Shown here piece by piece: positions 49,312 to 58,390 of a stretch of DNA of 58,390 nucleotides. The notes below the pieces were generated by a model, which saw nothing but the letters and a program-made list of their open reading frames with translations, did not search any database and was not told the origin of the DNA. Within the stretch, counting starts at the first letter, position 1. The number at the start of each line of letters is the position of its first letter. This stretch comes from Candidatus Woesearchaeota archaeon (GTDB lineage: Archaea > Nanobdellota > Nanobdellia > Woesearchaeales > JAWBMQ01). The stretch is from positions 1 through 58,390 of the forward strand of contig JAWBOS010000005.1 of the NCBI GenBank assembly GCA_038825875.1. Reading direction: 5' to 3'. The position numbers and the translations under genes were made by a program.

Positions 49312-50067
49312 TTATTTTTTACCTTTTGGTATCTTTTTCACTTTGTAAACTCTTATTGGTGTTGATTCTATAAGTTTATTCGGTACAATAATTTTATTTC
49401 CTTTTGCGTCTCTTAAGAAAGTATATGTCAAAGTATACTTTTCTACTATACCTAGAAGTTTTTGAGTTGGAATTTCTATAATATCGCCTTCCTCAAAAAA
49501 GCCTGATGCAAAGAGATCATACATTAGCACTTTTCTTATAAGGAAATACATCATAAATCCTAAAATTATTGCAAATGCTACTCCTGTTATGATAATAATC
49601 CATTTTACATTTATACCCATTCCTGCAAAGATTATTAGAACACACATTAAAATTATGAATAACGTATATACCCTGCTAAAGAGATTGAGATAAAAATCAT
49701 CAACTAAGGTTTTTGTTTTTTTGACAATTGGTTCAAGATATGCTGAGATAAGATCACTTGTAAACTTCACCAAGAAATAACCTAAATTTATAACTGCACC
49801 TATTAATAAGAATCTAAAGTACCATAATTTTGCTAGAGGATTCATAACTATATAATCTGCTCCAAAATAAAGGCCTGCCAAAACTATCAATACTACAAAA
49901 GGTTCTTCAATATCATCTACTAGAATGTCATCGAACAAAGTAGGTGTTGCTTTTGCCCATTTCCAACACCAATGCTTAAAAATCATATACACCAAATAAC
50001 CCAACACTATAGAAACAAACAGTATAAGCAAAAAAACCGAAAAGTTTGAAGCATATGCGGCTACCAT
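49312..50067 (-). CDS. Mechanosensitive channel MscS-family protein (short)
   Basis: TM helices, FEEGDIIEI...GIVEK...T.LRDAKGNKIIVPN. Lacks the C-terminal domain. Confidence 0.75.
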   Translation of the reverse strand: MVAAYASNFSVFLLILFVSIVLGYLVYMIFKHWCWKWAKATPTLFDDILVDDIEEPFVVLIVLAGLYFGADYIVMNPLAKLWYFRFLLIGAVINLGYFLVKFTSDLISAYLEPIVKKTKTLVDDFYLNLFSRVYTLFIILMCVLIIFAGMGINVKWIIIITGVAFAIILGFMMYFLIRKVLMYDLFASGFFEEGDIIEIPTQKLLGIVEKYTLTYTFLRDAKGNKIIVPNKLIESTPIRVYKVKKIPKGKK

Positions 50068-50220
50068 GGTACTTAATCTAAAACTCTTTAAATATATAAA
50101 AATTATTTACAACTTTTTTGTAGTTCAATTTTTTTTTAAAATTTTGCCATTTTTTTAGACATTTTCTTAGGCTTTTCTAAAAACAAAAAAAATATAAAAT
50201 CAAAAATCAAATTACTTTTA

Positions 50221-51570
50221 ATGCTCGATACTTTAGTTAAGAAACTTCAGGATTTGAATAATTTAGGAAAGAACACAAGATACATTAGATGGCTTAAAGA
50301 CATTTCAGAATCTGAAAAAGATAAGGTAGGGAAAAAAGCTTATTATCAAGGAAAATTGCTAAAAAGAAACTATCTTGTCCCCAATGGATTTGTTATTTTG
50401 CCTTTAGCATTCACACATTACCTTGAACAAAACAGAATTTTGAGTAAAATAGACAATTTATTAAATCTTTGTATTTCTGAACCTGAAAAAATATCAGAAT
50501 ATGCTACAATAATTCAAAGGCTAATTTTAAATGGTTATGTGCCAGAATCAATAAAAGACGAAGTTTATGAAAACTATAACTTGTTGGGAACTGTAATAAA
50601 TGCAGAAAAACTACTAGAACAACCCAAAACAGAATTATGTATTAGAATATCTACAGATGTTCCAATAAGCAAACCATTCCAGTTAACATTTCTAAAACTT
50701 CAAAAAAAGGATATATTTGAAGCAACGAAAACGATTTGGGCATCTATGTTTCTGGAAGAGAATATTAAGAAAAACATCAAAAGCCTGCAAAACCTAATCA
50801 ATGTTGGTGTTTTGGTTCAGGAAATGATAGAACATATTAGAGCAGGTAAGATTGAAGTAACTAATGGACTTGCAAAAATAGAAGGAATAAAGGGTTATGG
50901 AATCTATCTTTCACAAAAAGATGCATCTACAAACCAATACATTGTTGATCTGAAAACCTTGAAAATACTATCTATTTCTGTACCTGGGCAAACCTACTAT
51001 TATACATATGATCCATTAGAAAATAAAATAGTAAAAATTAACACATCTTATTCAGACCAAGTATTCACTGACTCTGAAATTCGGGATTTGGCATACATGG
51101 CAAAAAGATTATGTTTAGAATTTAGAAAAACTGCAAATATTGAATTTGTTGTTTCTGATGAAAGCGTATACATTGTTGATTTCAATCCAAAAGATGAGGA
51201 TTTTTCAGAAGAATCTTTATTAGAAAAGAGTACAGCAACAGAAATACCAGAAACTAAGCAAGAATCAAAATCAAAAATTGAAGACGAAGAATTAAAGATT
51301 AAAGAAAATGAAGTAGAGGTGTTTTACAATACATATCTCAAGGATAAATTTACTGCAAAATCAGAAGAAAAATCAGATTTTATTGCTTCGTCACTAAAAG
51401 AAAGAGAACTAATAAGATTAAGAAGTCTTTTACTAAAAACCTATCAAATTCTACAAGAAAAAATTCCAAAAGAAAGGATTGATGAATTCAGAAAACAGCT
51501 AAGCAATATAAATGAATTATCTGAAGACCAATTAATAGAAACTATACTTAAACTTATCGAAGCTTGTTAA
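50221..51570 (+). CDS. Stand-alone, degenerate PEP synthase/PPDK N-terminal (ATP-grasp) domain protein
   Basis: VGKKA, VPNGFVI, IWASMF, VLVQEMI, IEFVV. No phosphohistidine or pyruvate-binding domain. Confidence 0.75.
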   Translation: MLDTLVKKLQDLNNLGKNTRYIRWLKDISESEKDKVGKKAYYQGKLLKRNYLVPNGFVILPLAFTHYLEQNRILSKIDNLLNLCISEPEKISEYATIIQRLILNGYVPESIKDEVYENYNLLGTVINAEKLLEQPKTELCIRISTDVPISKPFQLTFLKLQKKDIFEATKTIWASMFLEENIKKNIKSLQNLINVGVLVQEMIEHIRAGKIEVTNGLAKIEGIKGYGIYLSQKDASTNQYIVDLKTLKILSISVPGQTYYYTYDPLENKIVKINTSYSDQVFTDSEIRDLAYMAKRLCLEFRKTANIEFVVSDESVYIVDFNPKDEDFSEESLLEKSTATEIPETKQESKSKIEDEELKIKENEVEVFYNTYLKDKFTAKSEEKSDFIASSLKERELIRLRSLLLKTYQILQEKIPKERIDEFRKQLSNINELSEDQLIETILKLIEAC

Positions 51571-51572
51571 GA

Positions 51573-52952
51573 CTAACTTCTATTTTGAATATCAATCTTC
51601 AACTCTTTGCATAAGTCTTTGACATGATCATACGCTTTTTTGAAAAATGAATGTTGTTTTTTTATGAATTTAATAAATTTTTCTATATGCTTGTTCTCTT
51701 TTCTCTGTTTTTTTATCTCTTTCTTTAAAAATTTAATCAGATCCTTATCTCGCATATTTTGAAGATTATACTTATTTTTGAATTTGTCTAAAAATTCTCT
51801 TACCTTTTCGAGATTCACTCCTCTAGCTAGCATTGAGCGCTGCCATAGTGCAAATTTCTCTTGATTTGCTTGATAACTATCCTTAGGAATTTTTGAAACA
51901 ATTTTTTGAATAAAAAGTACATTTTTTGAAACAAAATATTTGAACTTTCCTTCAAGTTTTGATAATTTGTGAACAAATTTGTGACTAAGTGCCTGTGATT
52001 TTGAAGATTCTGCCCTAATTGCAATATACTGTAAATTTTCTCTTTTCCATTTTTCATAATCTTCAACTGAAACCTCCAACAATTTTTCCACTTGATGCAA
52101 AAAATTGTAAGGATCATATCTCTTCTTTAGAATACTTATGTTTCCTTTTTGAACTTTTAATCTTTTTATATAATTTAACACCCTGCCCATTGCTTCATCG
52201 TAGAATCTTAAGTTTTCGTTCATTCTCAAACTTGCATCCCTAATTTGTTCTGTAGGCGCTTTATTTTTAAAAACCTCTTTTCTAAAGCGCTTATACTCCT
52301 TTATTGTAATCTTTCTGCCCTTTTTCAACATTCTCAGGATGAACTTTGCAAGTTTTAGTCGAAAATTAACGGTCTTCTTATAAATGCGAATATACTTCTT
52401 ACATATTTTTTCTATTTTCCTAAATTCTTTCCTTACTTCATCTAAACTTTTGAGACTCAAATTTAGTTGTTCTCTCTGATTATCTTGATTCTTATCTATT
52501 TCTTGCAATCTCTCTTCTAATGTCTTTGAAATTTCGTCTAACTTTAAGATATATGATTCATAAAAGAGAGCAATCTCTGCTATTTTCTTTCTATTTTCCA
52601 ATGAAAAACTTAATTGAGATGCTTCAATACTCTTTAAAAATACTATTTTCTGATCTACTTGATTTAGAAAAGAGTATATATAATTTTTATCTTTATCAAT
52701 ACTACCTGATAAAAAGGTGCGTATTTCACTTTGGTAAGGAAGCTTATCTGTAAACTTTTGGACCTTTACAAAAAACTTATATATCATCTTTTTGGATTTT
52801 TTCAAGTACTTTGCTAATTTTCTAATTTTTTTGTCTGTCTTTTTGTCTTCATTTTTTAAAATCTTTATCTCCTTTAAGATATTCTCAATCTGATTTTTAA
52901 TTTCTCTAATATTCCTTTTTGTCTCTCTTATTTTCTCTAGTGTCTCATTCAT
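51573..52952 (-). CDS. Highly basic coiled-coil hypothetical protein
   Basis: 459 aa, Lys-rich, heptad pattern, almost no Pro/Gly. Confidence 0.6.
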   Translation of the reverse strand: MNETLEKIRETKRNIREIKNQIENILKEIKILKNEDKKTDKKIRKLAKYLKKSKKMIYKFFVKVQKFTDKLPYQSEIRTFLSGSIDKDKNYIYSFLNQVDQKIVFLKSIEASQLSFSLENRKKIAEIALFYESYILKLDEISKTLEERLQEIDKNQDNQREQLNLSLKSLDEVRKEFRKIEKICKKYIRIYKKTVNFRLKLAKFILRMLKKGRKITIKEYKRFRKEVFKNKAPTEQIRDASLRMNENLRFYDEAMGRVLNYIKRLKVQKGNISILKKRYDPYNFLHQVEKLLEVSVEDYEKWKRENLQYIAIRAESSKSQALSHKFVHKLSKLEGKFKYFVSKNVLFIQKIVSKIPKDSYQANQEKFALWQRSMLARGVNLEKVREFLDKFKNKYNLQNMRDKDLIKFLKKEIKKQRKENKHIEKFIKFIKKQHSFFKKAYDHVKDLCKELKIDIQNRS

Positions 52953-53040
52953 AATACTTCTTGAAATTTTCTAATATAAAAATTTTTTTAAATCCATTAA
53001 TTATTTAAATTTAAATAAATTCCAATTCTTGGTGAGAAGA

Positions 53041-54660
53041 ATGCAAGGAACCCCTATTCAACCAATATTCATCGTTGCAGATAATACCCAAAGAACTAAG
53101 GGAAAAGAAGCATTGTACAATAATATACAAGCTGCAAAAGTAATCGGTGAAACATTGAAAACAACCCTTGGACCTAAGGGAATGGATAAAATGTTAATAA
53201 ATTCTCTTGGGGAAATTGTTGTAACAAATGACGGAGCTACAATTCTTAGTGAGATGGAACTAGAGCATCCTGCTGCAAAAATGATGGCTGAAATTGCTAA
53301 AACCCAAGAAAAAGAAGTTGGAGATGGCACAACAACTGCAGTAGTTCTTGCAGCTGAACTTCTTAGCAAGGCAGAAAAAATGATTGAAGAGAACATTCAT
53401 CCTACTCTTATTGCTAAAGGCTATCTCATGGCATCTGAAAAAGCAATAGAAATCCTTGAAAAAATTGCTAAACCTATTGAAATAACTGAGAAAGAGGTAT
53501 TTGTAAAAATATCTGAAACTGCAATGACAGGAAAAGTAGCAGAAGAAGAGAAAGAAAAGTTAGCAAGGATTGTAACAGAAGCAGTACACTATGTATTACA
53601 AAATGGAGAAGTTAGCATGGATGATATAAGCATAGTAAAGAAAGAAGGTGGTGCTGTAAGAGATACAGAGTTAATAAAAGGGATTGTAATAGATAAAGAT
53701 AGAGTACATCCAGAAATGCCTAAATTAGTAAAAGATGCAAGAATTGCGTTAATAGATAGCCCAATTGAAGTAAAAGAAACAGAAATAGATGCAAAAATCC
53801 AGATCAATGATCCTAATCAAATTCAAGCATTCATAGAACAAGAGGCAGAAATAATAAAGAAATTGGTAGATAAGATAATAAAAACTAATGCAAATGTTGT
53901 TTTCTGTCAAAAAGGAATAGATGACTTAGCACAATACCTTTTAGCAAAAAAAGGAATTTATGCTGTAAGAAGAGTTAAAAAAAGTGATTTAGAAAGACTT
54001 GCAAAAGCAACCGGAGGAAAAATAGTAACAAATATTGAAGAAATATCTGAAAAGGATTTGGGATTCGCTGAAACTGTAAAACAAGTTAAAGTAGGAGATG
54101 AAGATTTCACATTTGTAGAAGGATGTAAAAATCCAAAAGCTGTTAGCATTCTTGTAAGAGGTGGTACAGAACATGTGGTTGATGAAGTAAAAAGAGCAAT
54201 AGAAGATGCAATAGGTGACTGTATAACTTTAATAAAGAGCAGAAAAATTGTTGGAGGTGCTGGAGCAACAGAAATTGAATTAAGCAAAGAATTAGAAAAG
54301 TATGCAAACAGCTTAAGTGGAAGATTGCAGATTATTGTAAAAAATTTTGCTGAAGCTCTCGAAGTAATTCCTAAAGCTTTAGCAGAAAATGCAGGACTAG
54401 ATAGTATTGATGTTATTACTAAATTAAAGGCAGCTCATCAGAAAGGTGAATTATTTGCTGGATTAAATGTAGATGATGGCTCTACGTTAGATACTTTAAA
54501 GGAAATGATCATTGAACCTTTACAACTCAAGAAACAAGCAATAAAATCAGCAGTAGAAGTGGCAATAATGATATTAAGAATAGATGACATAATTGCAAGT
54601 GGCAAAAAAGAAGAAAAAGATAAAAAGAATCAGCAAGCTCAAACTGAAGAAAATGAATGA
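53041..54660 (+). CDS. ths: Thermosome (group II chaperonin) subunit
   Basis: [40 protein letters not shown] before ATG 53041. Confidence 0.97.
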   Translation: MQGTPIQPIFIVADNTQRTKGKEALYNNIQAAKVIGETLKTTLGPKGMDKMLINSLGEIVVTNDGATILSEMELEHPAAKMMAEIAKTQEKEVGDGTTTAVVLAAELLSKAEKMIEENIHPTLIAKGYLMASEKAIEILEKIAKPIEITEKEVFVKISETAMTGKVAEEEKEKLARIVTEAVHYVLQNGEVSMDDISIVKKEGGAVRDTELIKGIVIDKDRVHPEMPKLVKDARIALIDSPIEVKETEIDAKIQINDPNQIQAFIEQEAEIIKKLVDKIIKTNANVVFCQKGIDDLAQYLLAKKGIYAVRRVKKSDLERLAKATGGKIVTNIEEISEKDLGFAETVKQVKVGDEDFTFVEGCKNPKAVSILVRGGTEHVVDEVKRAIEDAIGDCITLIKSRKIVGGAGATEIELSKELEKYANSLSGRLQIIVKNFAEALEVIPKALAENAGLDSIDVITKLKAAHQKGELFAGLNVDDGSTLDTLKEMIIEPLQLKKQAIKSAVEVAIMILRIDDIIASGKKEEKDKKNQQAQTEENE

Positions 54661-55960
54661 ATTAAGGTTTAATAAAAGAATAAAAAAAATAAAAAATGGC
54701 GAGGAAAAAGGAAGCTATGTTTTATATTGGATGCAAGGAAGTTTCAGGGTAAACTATAATCATTCCCTTTCTTTTTCTATTTATTTGGCAAATAAATACA
54801 AAAAACCATTATTAGTACTAATAGTCATAAATCCAAATTATCCAAATGCAAACAGAAGAAACATGAAATTTTTTATTGAAGGAGTATTAGATGTAATTGA
54901 GGATTTGGAAAAACTAAAAATTCCTTATGTTGTCAAAATTGGAGATTTCAGTGAGATTGTAGAAAAGTTCTCAAAAGATGCTATTGCAATAGTAAGTGAT
55001 TGTACATATCTTCCTAATATCAGAAAAATAAAACAAAATGTTTATGAAAAAATTGAAAAAAATTTGTATGAAGTAGACACTAATCTTGTAGTGCCTGTAG
55101 AAATTGCCAGCAATAAGAGAGAATATGCAGCTAAAACAATCAGACCAAAAATATTGCAGAAGGTTAATGAATTTATAGATGATTTTGAAACTTTTCACTA
55201 CAATGGGTTACAACTTGAATCTTACAAAGAAGTAAATAATATAGAAAAAACATTAGATAGTTTAAAAATTTATGATGTCCCTTCTTGTCAAATTAAAGGT
55301 GGACACAAAAATGCCATAAAAACATTGCAAGATTTTATTAAAAACAAGTTTCTTCATTATTATGAATTTAGAAATGATGTGAAAAAGAATATAGAATCAA
55401 ACTTAAGTCCATATTTACATTTCGGACAAATCAGCCCAATAGAAGTATTACAATTTATGAAAGAGTTCAAGAAAGACAAAAATTATGAAGCTTTTTTTGA
55501 ACAACTTGTTATAAGAAGAGAATTAGCACATAACTTTACTTATTATTCTGATCATCTTGAAAATCTTTATTCCTTACTACCTCTTTGGGCTAGAAAAACT
55601 TTACAAGCGCATGAAAATGATCCTAGAGAATATAAATACTCTCTTGAAGAGTTTGAAAAAGCCTATACACACGATTATCTTTGGAATTACGCTCAAAAAC
55701 AATTACTTGAAAAAGGAAAGATACATAATTATCTTAGAATGTATTGGGGAAAGAAAGTAATTGAATGGAGTAAAAACCCAGAAGAAGCATACAAAATTTT
55801 AGTTTATTTAAATGATAAGTATGCTCTAGATGGTAGAGATCCTAATGGTTATGTTGGAATTTTATGGTGTTTTGGCTTACACGATAGGCCATTCTTTGAA
55901 AGACCTATCTTTGGCAGAGTACGCTATATGTCTGGAAGAAAAATAAATTTGTTCACTTAA
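54653..55960 (+). CDS. phr: Class II CPD DNA photolyase
   Basis: VLYWMQ, LSPYLHFGQIS, EQLVIRRELAHNF, HNYLRMYWGKK, LDGRDPNG, HDRPFFERPIFG. Start reassigned to 54653 (8-nt overlap with ths). Confidence 0.93.
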   Translation: MNELRFNKRIKKIKNGEEKGSYVLYWMQGSFRVNYNHSLSFSIYLANKYKKPLLVLIVINPNYPNANRRNMKFFIEGVLDVIEDLEKLKIPYVVKIGDFSEIVEKFSKDAIAIVSDCTYLPNIRKIKQNVYEKIEKNLYEVDTNLVVPVEIASNKREYAAKTIRPKILQKVNEFIDDFETFHYNGLQLESYKEVNNIEKTLDSLKIYDVPSCQIKGGHKNAIKTLQDFIKNKFLHYYEFRNDVKKNIESNLSPYLHFGQISPIEVLQFMKEFKKDKNYEAFFEQLVIRRELAHNFTYYSDHLENLYSLLPLWARKTLQAHENDPREYKYSLEEFEKAYTHDYLWNYAQKQLLEKGKIHNYLRMYWGKKVIEWSKNPEEAYKILVYLNDKYALDGRDPNGYVGILWCFGLHDRPFFERPIFGRVRYMSGRKINLFT

Positions 55961-56038
55961 AACAAAACAATTTTACATTTCAATTTAAAACTCCTTATGT
56001 TCGTTATAGATGTATTAATTTTTTAAATATACTAAAAT

Positions 56039-57283
56039 TTATTGCTTAGTTTTTGATTTTTTTAGCATTGTTACTGCCAAGATTAATAGTAGCGCTATAA
56101 TAACTGCTATAATTAAATACAACCAAATCTTTGGTTTTTCCACTTGTTTGCTTATCTGTGGTATTTCTTCTTGAGGTTTTTCCTCAGTAACTTGAGGCTG
56201 TTGAGGTTCTTCTTTTGAAGGTGGCTTGGGCTGTTCAGGTGGTTTGATTTCAGGCTGTTTTTGAACTTCTGCAAGCTTTGTGATTACTATTGCTGATAAA
56301 TCCTTAATTTTTTGTTGTAACTCACTAGCTGATTTTACTTTTATTAAAAGCTCTATTTTAGCTTGATTCTCAAAAAGAATTATTGGATCCTTTTCTATTA
56401 CACTAAAATTTCCAATTAGAAAATCTGTTGATTCGGCAACTGTTTTAGGAATATACATAACAACTGTTTTCTCGGAAGTAATTATTTCATACTTTAATAG
56501 AATTACATCTCCCAAATCACCTTTTCCTAGGAAAAGTGTTGCCCTTGTTCTAACACTTAAAGGATCTATCTTATAATTAGTACCAAATTCTCTGAACAAT
56601 CCACTGAGAACTTTATTCTCAATCTCTCGGGTAAGTAGTGTGGATGCATCAATCGTTAGATCTTGAATGGGAATTTGAAGAACAAAATCTAGCCTATAAT
56701 CACTTATCTCTGGAATGTTTGATAGATCTTCGATAACTAAAGTATTTTTTATCTTGTCTTCTGTGAGTAATTTAAATATGTTTTCATAAGTTTCAATGAT
56801 TTCCTTAAGTAACTCATCATTTTCTGTCTGATCTTTTAACAAATTAAAGATTTCCTCTTTGAAATCAGATTCTGGCTGAGGTAACTCTTGAGGAAATGCT
56901 GATGGCAAAGTTGTAGTTGGTTCTTCTTTACAAGTATATGTTCCTGTAAAACTTAAGGTGATTTCTTCTACTTTTCCCTCTTGATATGTTTTAGTTATTT
57001 TATTAGTAGAATAACAATTAACAATCAACTCAAAAGTAATATTATCTCCATTTTTTCCAGTTGCTGTTAATTTAGAATCAAAAACTCCTGAACCTCCAAA
57101 TTTACCATTAACAACAGTGATTTGATCTTGATAAACATCATTAACGTACAATTTCAGAACACCTGACACTGCATTATTGTTTAATTTTACAGTCCCATAA
57201 AAAACATGCGGATCTTTAGGAAATTCTAATGCTATTGCTGATAAAATGCTAAAGAAAAAAACAAAAAAAACAAATTTCTTCAT
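56039..57283 (-). CDS. Type I membrane-anchored surface protein
   Basis: Signal peptide, PHVFYGTV beta domain, Pro/Gln/Glu-rich stalk, C-terminal TM plus basic tail. GGTGA SD. Confidence 0.75.
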   Translation of the reverse strand: MKKFVFFVFFFSILSAIALEFPKDPHVFYGTVKLNNNAVSGVLKLYVNDVYQDQITVVNGKFGGSGVFDSKLTATGKNGDNITFELIVNCYSTNKITKTYQEGKVEEITLSFTGTYTCKEEPTTTLPSAFPQELPQPESDFKEEIFNLLKDQTENDELLKEIIETYENIFKLLTEDKIKNTLVIEDLSNIPEISDYRLDFVLQIPIQDLTIDASTLLTREIENKVLSGLFREFGTNYKIDPLSVRTRATLFLGKGDLGDVILLKYEIITSEKTVVMYIPKTVAESTDFLIGNFSVIEKDPIILFENQAKIELLIKVKSASELQQKIKDLSAIVITKLAEVQKQPEIKPPEQPKPPSKEEPQQPQVTEEKPQEEIPQISKQVEKPKIWLYLIIAVIIALLLILAVTMLKKSKTKQ

Positions 57284-57302
57284 CTTTTTTCACCTTACTA
57301 TT

Positions 57303-58388
57303 TTATTGAGGAGTTAATTCTACTATGCCTTTAAATAAAACTTCAGTTGTTCCACTATACCAAATCCAATATGCTTTAAATGGTTCTATATAGCCAGTAA
57401 ATCCTGATGTTAAGTTATAGATTGCTACTGCTTTTCCATCTTTATCTAAAATCCATGGAACAAATGCTTCAACTGTACTCTTTCTTGTCAATGTTACCAA
57501 CCAATCATTAAATGATTCTTCTCTAAATGAATTCAAACCTAGCAAACTAAATCCATTGTTCACTCTCAAAGTTTGATTTAAAAAGTCACATGCACTTGAA
57601 TTTGTATAAATTGGCATTTCAAATGTTTCAGTTCCTACATACTTATATCCTTTTAATGGCTCAAATCTCGTTGCAGTTTTCCAGGTTTTATTTATTGTAT
57701 ATTCTTGGAATGTACCTGTTCTTGTACCAATTGCTGAATTTATCATATTCATATTTACACAACTTGGTACTGAAAATATAACTCCATTGGTAATATCTAC
57801 TTTACCAAATGCAATAACTGCACTTCCTGTTGCTGGATCAACTGTACCTTGCTTTGTTAAATTCTTTTGACCTTGTTTTACAGCAATTATTTTATTTGAG
57901 TTTTTAATATCTTCTACAAAATTTGTAACATCTTGAAGGGTTATAGTAACCTTTGTTCCTTGAACAGAAATTGTACTGTTTTCTAAATTCACTCCTTCAA
58001 TACTGAAAATTAAACTTGCATTATTTTCGTTGTTATTACTTACTTCTTGATCAAATACCACAACAATTTCATCATTATCACCTACAGCTCCATTTTTATC
58101 GTTATCTACAAAATATGCATACTTTATAACTGGAGTAGATACATTTTTAATGAAAGATGTACTTACTGTATGTTCATTTCCTGCATTATCAACAACAATA
58201 CACGTAACACTAACATTTCCATTTCCTAAGCTACCTATGTTTCCTGAATTTAATACCACTGAAGTATTCTTATTCCATCCTAAACTAACATTAATAATTC
58301 CATCTTTTTCTAATTTACAACTAATATTTCCATCATCTAATCTACTTGAATTAAATGTAAGATTAATATCAACTCCTGCTTGTACTTG
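57303..58388 (-). CDS. C-terminal part of a large surface/S-layer-like protein (5' end beyond window)
   Basis: Frame is open to the window edge. Ig-like VVDNAGNE motif, duplicated C-terminal module (FEPLKGY / IEPFKAYW), many NxS/T. Confidence 0.7.
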   Translation of the reverse strand, partial: QVQAGVDINLTFNSSRLDDGNISCKLEKDGIINVSLGWNKNTSVVLNSGNIGSLGNGNVSVTCIVVDNAGNEHTVSTSFIKNVSTPVIKYAYFVDNDKNGAVGDNDEIVVVFDQEVSNNNENNASLIFSIEGVNLENSTISVQGTKVTITLQDVTNFVEDIKNSNKIIAVKQGQKNLTKQGTVDPATGSAVIAFGKVDITNGVIFSVPSCVNMNMINSAIGTRTGTFQEYTINKTWKTATRFEPLKGYKYVGTETFEMPIYTNSSACDFLNQTLRVNNGFSLLGLNSFREESFNDWLVTLTRKSTVEAFVPWILDKDGKAVAIYNLTSGFTGYIEPFKAYWIWYSGTTEVLFKGIVELTPQ

Positions 58389-58390
58389 CT

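Noticed and set aside
54593-54652. N-terminal extension of photolyase (track start 54593)
   Set aside because: It lies inside the thermosome coding end. ATG 54653 matches the start of class II homology.

Overview
Very AT-rich, gene-dense chromosomal segment of a DPANN archaeon, most similar in content to Woesearchaeota/Nanobdellota (inference from gene repertoire). Archaeal informational genes: GINS15, GatD, Kae1, Rpo11/RpoL, eL42/L44e, NMD3, Pno1/Dim2, thermosome, RtcB, translin, OapABC. Fermentation/salvage genes: D-LDH, bacterial-type GAPDH, ApgM, Pta, AMP phosphorylase, PMM, PyrH. Also MutL, RsmI, an RlmD-like m5U methyltransferase and a class II photolyase. Two intronless tRNAs: Arg(TCG) and Leu(CAG). 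No CRISPR, rRNA, transposase or integrase was seen. Most notable observations: (1) a ~9.7 kb tightly coupled operon for an uncharacterised surface apparatus, comprising a ~1830-aa secreted protein with an internal tandem repeat, a ~800-aa class III (prepilin-like) signal-peptide protein and two further membrane/secreted proteins; (2) a 56-aa short, non-nucleosomal-type histone missed by the ORF track; (3) a Hel308 helicase lacking its Walker A/B domain, translationally coupled to GINS15 and followed by an N-terminally truncated Dph2; (4) two diverged orphan paralogs bracketing tRNA-Leu, one overlapping it antisense; (5) a tandem active+dead transglutaminase-like protein; (6) other apparent pseudoenzymes (HIT without its His triad, stand-alone degenerate PEP-synthase domain); (7) a translin-rtcB overlap; (8) a perfect 27-bp inverted repeat at the window start. 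All calls come from motif recognition by eye; no searches were run.
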